Counted from the first letter of the stretch, positions 19,160-25,074 are shown. The stretch is DNA of 25,752 bases from a virus (IMGVR_UViG_3300020043_000012:1-25752); one strand, 5' to 3'. Made by a program: numbers and translations. Notes: generated by a model not told the origin, from the letters alone.

Positions 19160-19710
19160 AATTTCGCCTTTGCTTTGTCTTTGGCTGCAATGACTTTGAT
19201 CTGCCAGGCTTTGTCGCCATCACAAGCAGAATATGCGATCTTGTAAGCCAACTTCAATTCGTCTTGAGTGGTGGCTTGCTCAATGGCTTTGAATAGGTCT
19301 GCCATGCTATTAAGGTCAATGGTTGACTGTGGTTCTTCACCATCGGGCAAATCTTCCCCTGCGTAGATGTACAAACCAAGACCATGCAAGCTGAGTGCCT
19401 TGGTCATGCAACGCATGATGGCTGTGTTTACTTGGAAAGCATCAGGGTTCACGATGGCTTTGTTGCGGTGATCCATCACGGGAAGCTGGCAAGTCATTGG
19501 CTTGTCAAACATAGTGACTGTGACCCACACCATTGCTGTGCCGTTGATGTCCATGAAGCACTTGTCACCAAACATTTCAACCTTGAACGAGGCTTTGGGG
19601 TCTGCCTTGAGTGCTTCAGCCCATGCCCAAGCCCAAGACAGATAAGTCAGATTGGCTTTTTTCTCAGTGTGTTCGTTGACATTCAATGTCAGTAAATTAG
19701 CAATTGACAT
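19156..19710 (-). CDS. Sak-like single-strand annealing protein (DUF1071)
   Basis: EKK..LTYLSWAWAW, LPVMDHRNKAI, VNTAIMRCMTKAL.LHGLGLYIYAGEDLP. Confidence 0.88.
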   Translation of the reverse strand: MSIANLLTLNVNEHTEKKANLTYLSWAWAWAEALKADPKASFKVEMFGDKCFMDINGTAMVWVTVTMFDKPMTCQLPVMDHRNKAIVNPDAFQVNTAIMRCMTKALSLHGLGLYIYAGEDLPDGEEPQSTIDLNSMADLFKAIEQATTQDELKLAYKIAYSACDGDKAWQIKVIAAKDKAKAKL

Positions 19711-19719
19711 GATGAATCC

Positions 19720-19992
19720 TTAGAATTGATATTTAGGGCCACAAGACACTTCAATAACTGTCTCGACTGTGTAGCCACCGACCTTGCGTTTTGCGTACAG
19801 GGGAATGGCACGAAGTCCTGATGACTCGCACTGGCGCACCGCATCGATTACTTCATTGCGACCCATTGGCTGAACTTGCTTGTCAACGATCAAGTCTTGA
19901 TTGGGGGGTGTTGGCACATGACCAGGCATCATTGAACAGCCAGTTGTAATAATGCCAAGAGTGCATAAAAGGGTGAATGTAAACATTTTCAT
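19720..19992 (-). CDS. Putative early lipoprotein
   Basis: Signal peptide MKMFTFTLLCTLGIITTGC (near-canonical lipobox); two further Cys in the mature part. Confidence 0.6.
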   Translation of the reverse strand: MKMFTFTLLCTLGIITTGCSMMPGHVPTPPNQDLIVDKQVQPMGRNEVIDAVRQCESSGLRAIPLYAKRKVGGYTVETVIEVSCGPKYQF

Positions 19993-20174
19993 GATTCGTC
20001 TTTCAAATAAGTTGTGAGGCGTTTGATTCGGTCTGAGTGATAGTCAGCCATGCGCTTTGCGTATTCTTGAGAAGTGAGGGCATCCAAGAGTTTGCGTTGT
20101 GCTTCTGCAAGTTCCTTGGCAGCCAGTTCTTTGGCTGATGGCAGTCTGAAATAGTCTTTGATTTGGTTAATCAT
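19989..20174 (-). CDS. Hypothetical coiled-coil protein
   Basis: Start MINQIKDYF at 20174 has GGAGGGG SD (preferred over track start 20237). Confidence 0.7.
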   Translation of the reverse strand: MINQIKDYFRLPSAKELAAKELAEAQRKLLDALTSQEYAKRMADYHSDRIKRLTTYLKDES

Positions 20175-20176
20175 GT

Positions 20177-20269
20177 TCAGCCCCTCCAAGCCAAGAGAAC
20201 GCCCCAACCACCAAAGATGATGATCGCCAATGTCCATTCGACAAGTGTTTGAATGATCTTAGATTTCAT
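20177..20269 (-). CDS. 30-aa single-pass membrane peptide (not in ORF track)
   Basis: MKSKIIQTLVEWTLAIIIFGGWGVLLAWRG; AAGGA SD; fills the gap between neighbours. Confidence 0.65.
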   Translation of the reverse strand: MKSKIIQTLVEWTLAIIIFGGWGVLLAWRG

Positions 20270-20531
20270 TTTGTTCCTTTAGCATACGAGCGTGGTGAAT
20301 CTTGGCTTCAGACACAATGCGTTCAAATTCGGATAAGGGCAGATCGCAAGAAATGTCATTGCCCTTTTCGCTAAAGACAAACACATCGTAGATTTCTGCT
20401 GAGTTGTGGTCGTAGGGCAGATTGAATTCTGCTGGGTAGTAGTCATACCCGACCTTGACTTTCTCAATGGTTGTGCCATCGTCATAGCTGACGAATTCAT
20501 CAAAGTGGTAGTGGAGTTTGTAGTCAATCAT
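20259..20531 (-). CDS. Hypothetical acidic early protein
   Basis: TAAGGAG SD; 90 aa; Tyr/Asp/Glu-rich. Confidence 0.7.
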   Translation of the reverse strand: MIDYKLHYHFDEFVSYDDGTTIEKVKVGYDYYPAEFNLPYDHNSAEIYDVFVFSEKGNDISCDLPLSEFERIVSEAKIHHARMLKEQNEI

Positions 20532-20540
20532 GGTTACTCC

Positions 20541-20762
20541 TTAATTAAGAATCAAACGGCCTGTCAAACCAAAAGATTTCAAAGTAGCAATAGCGTTTTG
20601 GATTGCTTCTTTACGGGAATGTCCAAAAAACACGGGAGGGACATTTGTGCCTGGCAAAGCACAATCAAATTCAATTACCCAAGCTGGCGGCACAGTGGCA
20701 CGAATACGAGGGTTGTATTGTTCTTGTTGAAAGTAGCAATCTGCTTTGAAAAGTTGTGTCAT
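20541..20762 (-). CDS. Hypothetical protein, first gene of leftward early operon
   Basis: TAGGAG SD; 73 aa. Confidence 0.7.
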   Translation of the reverse strand: MTQLFKADCYFQQEQYNPRIRATVPPAWVIEFDCALPGTNVPPVFFGHSRKEAIQNAIATLKSFGLTGRLILN

Positions 20763-20805
20763 GTTGACTCCTAAATAGACCCCGAGAAGTTCAGGGCATG
20801 GGGTG

Positions 20806-20833
20806 ATTGTATAGCGTTCTATACGGCAATCAA
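20806..20833 (-). promoter_or_regulatory. Sigma70-type leftward early promoter
   Basis: TTGATT-16 nt-TACAAT on the - strand, about 45 nt upstream of ATG 20762. Confidence 0.55.
20809..20824. promoter_or_regulatory. Operator-like palindrome GTATAG-N4-CTATAC
   Basis: Perfect 6-bp inverted repeat covering the spacer and -10 of the leftward promoter. Confidence 0.55.
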
Positions 20834-20855
20834 CACCTTTTTAAAAATAATTGAT

Positions 20856-20867
20856 AGGGATTTCCCT
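20856..20867. promoter_or_regulatory. Palindrome AGGGA-TT-TCCCT, candidate transcription-factor site
   Basis: Inverted repeat between the two divergent promoters, next to an AT-rich tract. Confidence 0.4.
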
Positions 20868-20904
20868 TAGATGTTGCTTTTTTGCAAATGGGCTTTGTTC
20901 ATTT

Positions 20905-20913
20905 TGCTATACT
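20905..20913 (+). promoter_or_regulatory. Extended -10 promoter for cro (leaderless)
   Basis: TGcTATACT followed by 6 nt and then ATG 20920; no SD. Confidence 0.6.
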
Positions 20914-20919
20914 TACCAA

Positions 20920-21072
20920 ATGGACAAACAAAAGGCTATCACCCTTGCTGGCTCACAGAGTGAGCTTGCCAGAATCTTGGGCATCACAAGAGGGGCAGTC
21001 CATCAATGGAAAACCATCCCAACTGGTCGGCTTTATCAATTGATGATCTTGCGCCCTGATTGGTTTGTGTAG
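20920..21072 (+). CDS. cro: Cro-like HTH repressor
   Basis: 50 aa MDKQKAITLAGSQSELARILGITRGAVHQW..IP..R.YQL; first gene of rightward operon. Confidence 0.85.
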   Translation: MDKQKAITLAGSQSELARILGITRGAVHQWKTIPTGRLYQLMILRPDWFV

Positions 21073-21078
21073 TAGGAT
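21049..21078 (+). promoter_or_regulatory. Possible promoter for replication operon
   Basis: TTGCGC-18 nt-TAGGAT; predicted +1 near 21084-21085, the first base of the structured leader. Confidence 0.35.
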
Positions 21079-21083
21079 TGTTT

Positions 21084-21168
21084 GAAACACGGCTAGATGC
21101 GAAGTCATGAGCGCATTGAAAAGAGTTACCTCCCTCTCCTGCCGCAGTTTCTTTTCTAGGGAGTGTAA
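21084..21168 (+). ncRNA. Candidate structured cis-regulatory RNA leader
   Basis: Stems GAAAC.CGGC/GCCG..GTTTC and ATGCG/CGCAT; further pairings TTACCTCCCT/AGGGAG(T)GTAA and GAAAAGA/TCTTTTC. Confidence 0.5.
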
Positions 21169-21178
21169 AAGGCGAGTT

Positions 21179-21901
21179 ATGCACTATTACCAGTTTCACA
21201 TTGGTGACTACATGAGTCACACCAGGCATCTTTCATTGATGGAAGATTTAGCCTATCGCAGACTTTTGGACTTCTATTTTTTGCACGAACAACCAATTAA
21301 GCACAGGGATGCTGCCCGTCAAGTTGGCATGAGAGAGCATGAAGAAGATGTTTTGACAGTCTTAAATGAATTCTTTTTATCCACAGAAAATGGATTTGTT
21401 AACCCAAGGGCTGACAAAGAAATAAAGCAATATAAAGAGTTTGCAGAGGCTGGAAAGCGTGGGGCGGCTAAAAGGTGGGGAACACCCCCCAATGGGGAGG
21501 CTAATAGCCCCCCTAATGCTACCCCAATAGCAACCAATAACCATAAACCACTAACCACTAACCATAAACCAAAGAAAGAGATAGCAACTGTCGTTGCTTG
21601 CCCTCCCGATGTTGATCAACAGATTTGGGATGATTGGAAACAATTACGCAAAGCCAAGAAAGCCCCTGTAACTGAGACAGTGGTTAAAAGCGCACGAAAA
21701 GAAGCAGCCAAAGCAAACATGGCGTTTAGCGATTTCTTAAGTGTTTGGTGTGCCAGGGGTTCGCAAGGTTTGCAAGCTGATTGGCTAAAGCCTGATGAAA
21801 AGGGTTTAAGTAAGACTGGTCAAATGAATCAAAGGGTAATTTCTGGACTTACCCGTGGACTTATTGGAGGAAACAGCAATGTCAAGCTACTTGGAGAGTG
21901 A
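21179..21901 (+). CDS. Replication initiator-like protein (DUF1376/YdaU family)
   Basis: MHYYQFHIGDYMSHTRHLSLMEDLAYRRLLDFY, GKRGAAKRW, C-terminal W.DW.QLRKAKKAP.T; start at 21179 preferred over 21107. Confidence 0.85.
   Translation: MHYYQFHIGDYMSHTRHLSLMEDLAYRRLLDFYFLHEQPIKHRDAARQVGMREHEEDVLTVLNEFFLSTENGFVNPRADKEIKQYKEFAEAGKRGAAKRWGTPPNGEANSPPNATPIATNNHKPLTTNHKPKKEIATVVACPPDVDQQIWDDWKQLRKAKKAPVTETVVKSARKEAAKANMAFSDFLSVWCARGSQGLQADWLKPDEKGLSKTGQMNQRVISGLTRGLIGGNSNVKLLGE
21532..21573 (+). repeat. Six tandem 7-bp repeats (AACCAnn), candidate replication origin element
   Basis: AACCA starts at 21532, 21539, 21546, 21553, 21560 and 21567. Confidence 0.75.
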
Positions 21902-22277
21902 CTTTTGCACCCAAGACCAAGGTCTTGATTACATTTTTGGTCGCATGATGGCAATTTATGGCGCACCATTTAATCGTCATTTTGATGGCCTTGACCCTGA
22001 GTTTGTACGCCAAGAATGGAAAGGTCAGATTGGTCGATTCCTGACATACCGCCCAAGCATGGACTTTGCCATTAGCAAATTGAATGAGGAATTTGTGCCA
22101 AGCGCAATTAAGTTTAGAAACCTTTGCAATCAAGGCCCTGAGATTCCTGTCAAGCCATTACCGCAAATAGAACGCAAGATGACGATTCACGAAAAAATTG
22201 AAAGTGATCGTGTTAAGGCAGAAGCATTGGCTAAATTAGCCGAATTAAAAAAACAATATAGGGGAGAACATGAATGA
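21879..22277 (+). CDS. Replication accessory protein (lambda P position; putative helicase loader)
   Basis: GGAGG SD before ATG 21879; IFGRMMAIYGAPF...W...PSAIKFRNLC; directly follows the initiator. Confidence 0.55.
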   Translation: MSSYLESDFCTQDQGLDYIFGRMMAIYGAPFNRHFDGLDPEFVRQEWKGQIGRFLTYRPSMDFAISKLNEEFVPSAIKFRNLCNQGPEIPVKPLPQIERKMTIHEKIESDRVKAEALAKLAELKKQYRGEHE

Positions 22278-23256
22278 GTTGGCTCTTTTCGCAGGCGCTG
22301 GTGGAGGAATACTTGGTGGACACCTCCTTGGTTGGAGAACAGTCTGTGCAGTCGAATGGGAGCAATACCCAGCAAGCGTACTGTGCGCCAGACAAAATGA
22401 CGGACTTCTCCCGCCTTTCCCGATTTGGGATGATGTACAAACCTTTGACGGTAAACCTTGGCGAGAAATTGTTGATGTTGTATCAGGAGGATTTCCTTGC
22501 CAAGACATCTCAGCAGCAGGAAAAGGTGTTGGAATTGACGGAGAGCGAAGCGGGATGTGGGGACAAATGGCGAGGATCATTCACGAAGTACGACCCAAGT
22601 TCGTATTCGTGGAAAACTCACCAATGCTCACTTCTAGGGGACTTGGACGAGTTCTCGGAGACCTGGCCTCAATGGGGTTTGATGCGAGATGGGGAGTGTT
22701 GGGAGCAGCGGACGTTGGAGCAAACCATCAGAGGGACAGAATTTGGATTGTCGCCAAATGGCGTGGACAGCTTCCACACACCCAACACAACAGGATTAGA
22801 TGGTGGCAGCAACAGCAGAAAAGCCTTAAAAAAGAGGAAAGAAGAAGCCAAATTTCCAACACCAACGGCATCAGATTGGATGAGTCCAAAACAGAATGGA
22901 ATAAATCTGGTGAACGGCAGATATGTCAGAACCAGCTTGACTACGGGTGTGAAGTTTGGAGCGAAACTGTCGGATGCAATCAATCTGGACATGAAAAAGA
23001 AATGGCCAACCCCGCAAGCCTCAGACAACAGAGACAGGGGCAACATGAGCAACTCAGTAGTTCAAAGACGAGTAGCGATAGGCAAGCAAATTTTATTAAG
23101 CCAATCGGTTCATCCGACTTCTGGACAACTGAACCCAACGTGGGTCGAGTGGTTGATGGGTTGGCCTCTCGAATGGACAGACTTAAAGCCATTGGAAATG
23201 GACAAGTCCCTCTCTGTGCAGCAACAGCCTGGAGAATCCTAAGTGAATCACTATGA
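22270..23256 (+). CDS. C5 cytosine DNA methyltransferase, catalytic (alpha-like) polypeptide
   Basis: Motif I LFAGAGG, IV GGFPCQDIS, VI VENSP, VIII QRDRIWIVA, X RLKAIGNGQVP; no recognisable motif IX in this frame. Confidence 0.92.
   Translation: MNELALFAGAGGGILGGHLLGWRTVCAVEWEQYPASVLCARQNDGLLPPFPIWDDVQTFDGKPWREIVDVVSGGFPCQDISAAGKGVGIDGERSGMWGQMARIIHEVRPKFVFVENSPMLTSRGLGRVLGDLASMGFDARWGVLGAADVGANHQRDRIWIVAKWRGQLPHTQHNRIRWWQQQQKSLKKEERRSQISNTNGIRLDESKTEWNKSGERQICQNQLDYGCEVWSETVGCNQSGHEKEMANPASLRQQRQGQHEQLSSSKTSSDRQANFIKPIGSSDFWTTEPNVGRVVDGLASRMDRLKAIGNGQVPLCAATAWRILSESL
22274..23242 (+). CDS. Nested alternative-frame methyltransferase subunit (beta-like; motif IX and probable target-recognition region)
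   Basis: 322 codons open in the +1 frame; ATGA coupling to upstream stop; GGGGAG 7 nt upstream; GQLNPTWVEWLMGWPLEWT motif IX-like; PTP-x-ASD repeats. Confidence 0.75.
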   Translation: MSWLFSQALVEEYLVDTSLVGEQSVQSNGSNTQQAYCAPDKMTDFSRLSRFGMMYKPLTVNLGEKLLMLYQEDFLAKTSQQQEKVLELTESEAGCGDKWRGSFTKYDPSSYSWKTHQCSLLGDLDEFSETWPQWGLMRDGECWEQRTLEQTIRGTEFGLSPNGVDSFHTPNTTGLDGGSNSRKALKKRKEEAKFPTPTASDWMSPKQNGINLVNGRYVRTSLTTGVKFGAKLSDAINLDMKKKWPTPQASDNRDRGNMSNSVVQRRVAIGKQILLSQSVHPTSGQLNPTWVEWLMGWPLEWTDLKPLEMDKSLSVQQQPGES

Positions 23257-23479
23257 AGCAAACAGAATTCTTGATCGGGTCAGAGAAGGCCAACAATTTA
23301 GCGAGTTTGTCATCACAAGGGCGCTTGAACTTACAGGAGACTATGAGGAACAGCGAAGCGGTCGAGTGGATCAGGCGCTATCGCAAGAAGCAACTAGAGG
23401 AGGGCAGGGGAGAAGCCCAATACTGGTGGCAACAGACATTGTTGGACATAGCGAGAAGGCGTGGGGAATCAGCCGCTGA
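23243..23479 (+). CDS. Hypothetical protein (MNHYEANRILDRVREG...RALELTGD)
   Basis: GTG immediately after the beta-frame TAA; GGAG 8 nt upstream. Confidence 0.55.
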   Translation: MNHYEANRILDRVREGQQFSEFVITRALELTGDYEEQRSGRVDQALSQEATRGGQGRSPILVATDIVGHSEKAWGISR

Positions 23480-23522
23480 TGACTTACGCAGACGCATGAA
23501 CGAACAGAAAGACAAAAAATGA
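23343..23522 (+). CDS. Hypothetical helical protein
   Basis: AGGAG before ATG 23343 (alternative start 23253 by ATGA coupling); ATGA overlap with rusA. Confidence 0.6.
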   Translation: MRNSEAVEWIRRYRKKQLEEGRGEAQYWWQQTLLDIARRRGESAADDLRRRMNEQKDKK

Positions 23523-23938
23523 TTCAGATCATGTTCACGATTTATGGTGAGCCTGTACCAAAGGGCAGACCAAGGTTTTCCACAAGGGGCAAGTTTCCTG
23601 TTGCATACACACCTGAAAAGACCAAGAACTATGAATCCGAGGTTGCGATGATGGCAAAAGCGGCAATGGGCGCATCAGAACCGCTAGAAGGGGCTTTGGA
23701 GGCGTTTATTTATGTCACCTTTGCCGTTCCCGCCTCATACTCAAAAAAACGCACAGAGGCTTGTTTAAGCGGTCAAGAAAAACACACCAAAAAGCCTGAT
23801 CTGGACAATGTTGTGAAGTCTGTGATTGATGGCATGGACAAAATCGTGTTTGAAAACGACTCGCAGTTCACATCCATCCATGCCACCAAGGTCTTTGGTG
23901 AAGTGGCAAAAGTTGAAGTATTGGTGAAACAAGTATGA
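23519..23938 (+). CDS. rusA: RusA-family Holliday junction resolvase
   Basis: GEPVPKGRPRF and KKPDLDNVVKSVIDGM..IVFENDSQ catalytic Asp motifs. Confidence 0.92.
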   Translation: MIQIMFTIYGEPVPKGRPRFSTRGKFPVAYTPEKTKNYESEVAMMAKAAMGASEPLEGALEAFIYVTFAVPASYSKKRTEACLSGQEKHTKKPDLDNVVKSVIDGMDKIVFENDSQFTSIHATKVFGEVAKVEVLVKQV

Positions 23939-24171
23939 ACATCTTTATCTATACCAAATCACGCTGTCCAAACTGTGTTGCTGCCAAACAACTTCTGAAG
24001 TCCAAAGGGCTTAAGTTCATTGAAAACGACATGGATGATGAAAGCGTCAGACAAGCGTTTCACTTTGCTTACCCTGATGTCAAGCAAATGCCCCAAATCT
24101 TTATCGATGACCAAAGGGTCGGTGGATTGACGGGTCTGCAAGCGGCACTCAAACAATTGGAGAGCAAATGA
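23935..24171 (+). CDS. Glutaredoxin
   Basis: IYTKSRCPNCVAAKQLL (CxxC) and MPQIFIDDQRVGG. Confidence 0.9.
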   Translation: MNIFIYTKSRCPNCVAAKQLLKSKGLKFIENDMDDESVRQAFHFAYPDVKQMPQIFIDDQRVGGLTGLQAALKQLESK

Positions 24172-24569
24172 TCATCTCACTTCATAACCCACAACAAGCC
24201 CATTCAGTCCTGAAAGACTTATGGCCCAAAATTAAAGAAACCTTACAAGCGGGGAAACAATTGCGTTTGGAGGTAAAAAAAGCCACCCGCAGCACAGATC
24301 AGAACGATATGTTCCATGCCTTGATTGACATGGTTGCCAAGCAAATGAAGGGCGCTGGCAGTGCCTGGTCATCAGACGATTGGAAAAGGCTCTTAATTGA
24401 CCAATGGGCGCATGAAACAGGGCGCAAGGTGGGAAAGGTCGCCCCGAGCCTAGACGGGGAACGAGTTGTCCAGCTTGGCCTACAAAGCCACAAATTCACA
24501 AAAGAAGAAGGCTCAGAGTTCATTGAATGGCTCTTGGCATGGATGGCAGAAAAGGGGATTGAATCATGA
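24168..24569 (+). CDS. ninB: NinB-family recombination protein
   Basis: RSTDQNDMFHALI.MVAKQ, DDWKRLL, LGLQSHKFTKEE.SEFIEWL.AW. Confidence 0.85.
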   Translation: MIISLHNPQQAHSVLKDLWPKIKETLQAGKQLRLEVKKATRSTDQNDMFHALIDMVAKQMKGAGSAWSSDDWKRLLIDQWAHETGRKVGKVAPSLDGERVVQLGLQSHKFTKEEGSEFIEWLLAWMAEKGIES

Positions 24570-24796
24570 TGTGTCCCCGTTGTGGCTCTGAAACCCTCAA
24601 AGTTTTGGACACCCGATCAAATCCCGAATTCGTCAGCCGAAAGCGCCAGTGCGAGAACAACCACAAGTTTTACACCAAAGAATATGCAATATCCCAAGCA
24701 CCAATATGTGAGAAGCCAGAAACTCCTAAAACTAGTGGCGGGTCTCTCCTGTCAAAGCTGTGGCATGGACAATGGCGTTCAGGCGGCTCACAGTAA
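24566..24796 (+). CDS. Zinc-ribbon protein resembling the NrdR N-terminus / Ogr-Delta type
   Basis: MCPRCGS..KVLDTR.....RKRQC...HKFYTKE; no ATP-cone. Confidence 0.65.
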   Translation: MMCPRCGSETLKVLDTRSNPEFVSRKRQCENNHKFYTKEYAISQAPICEKPETPKTSGGSLLSKLWHGQWRSGGSQ

Positions 24797-25016
24797 TTGG
24801 GGCGGTGGCAAAGGTCGAGGTATCAAGGCAGATGACAATCTGGTCGCTGCTTTGTGCCTCCAATGCCACTATGAGATCGATCAGGGCAAGAACCTGACCA
24901 AGGAAGAACGCCAAAAGAAGTGGGCAGAGGCTCACATTGGCACAGTTTTGTTACTTTGCAAACAAGGGAGATGGCCTGTAGAAGTTCCTTTGCCTTTTGT
25001 GGCAGAATTTGAATAG
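24684..25016 (+). CDS. YbcO/DUF1364-DUF968-like Zn-binding putative nuclease
   Basis: RSQKLL..VA.L.CQSCG....QAAHSN...GKG.GIKADD...AALC..CH.EID; ATG 24684 preferred over 24582. Confidence 0.75.
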   Translation: MQYPKHQYVRSQKLLKLVAGLSCQSCGMDNGVQAAHSNWGGGKGRGIKADDNLVAALCLQCHYEIDQGKNLTKEERQKKWAEAHIGTVLLLCKQGRWPVEVPLPFVAEFE

Positions 25017-25034
25017 GCTATGCAGTTGCCTTTT

Positions 25035-25060
25035 GGGGGTTTGAATCCCCCGCCTTTTTT
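25035..25060 (+). terminator. Probable intrinsic terminator
   Basis: GGGGG-TTTGAAT-CCCCC followed by GCC and TTTTTT after the nin-like operon. Confidence 0.5.
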
Positions 25061-25068
25061 GGTATAGT
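25060..25068 (+). promoter_or_regulatory. Extended -10 promoter for ferritin-like gene (leaderless)
   Basis: TGgTATAGT, 6 nt, then ATG 25075; TTGAAT 16 nt upstream of the -10; no SD. Confidence 0.55.
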
Positions 25069-25074
25069 GCAAAT

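Noticed and set aside
20279-20527. 82-aa alternative-frame ORF nested in 20259-20531
   Set aside because: Thr/Met-rich shadow composition, short enough to occur by chance, no motif.
20779-20797. Lambda boxB-like hairpin (GCCCTGAA... on - strand) in the early leader
   Set aside because: Loop is not GNRA-like, no transcribed boxA and no Arg-rich N protein seen; likely an ordinary 5' hairpin.
21532-21573. CRISPR array
   Set aside because: Units are 7 bp with no spacers; no cas genes.
22270-23256. Frameshifted pseudogene or assembly error
   Set aside because: Both frames are open end to end with their own starts and stops; a broken gene would not keep two ~320-codon frames open.
22270-23256. 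Complete restriction-modification system
   Set aside because: No restriction endonuclease recognisable next to the MTase; frame B looks like an MTase part, not a nuclease.
25017-25074. tRNA gene (TTGAATCCC resembles a T-arm)
   Set aside because: Gap is under 60 nt and no cloverleaf can be drawn.
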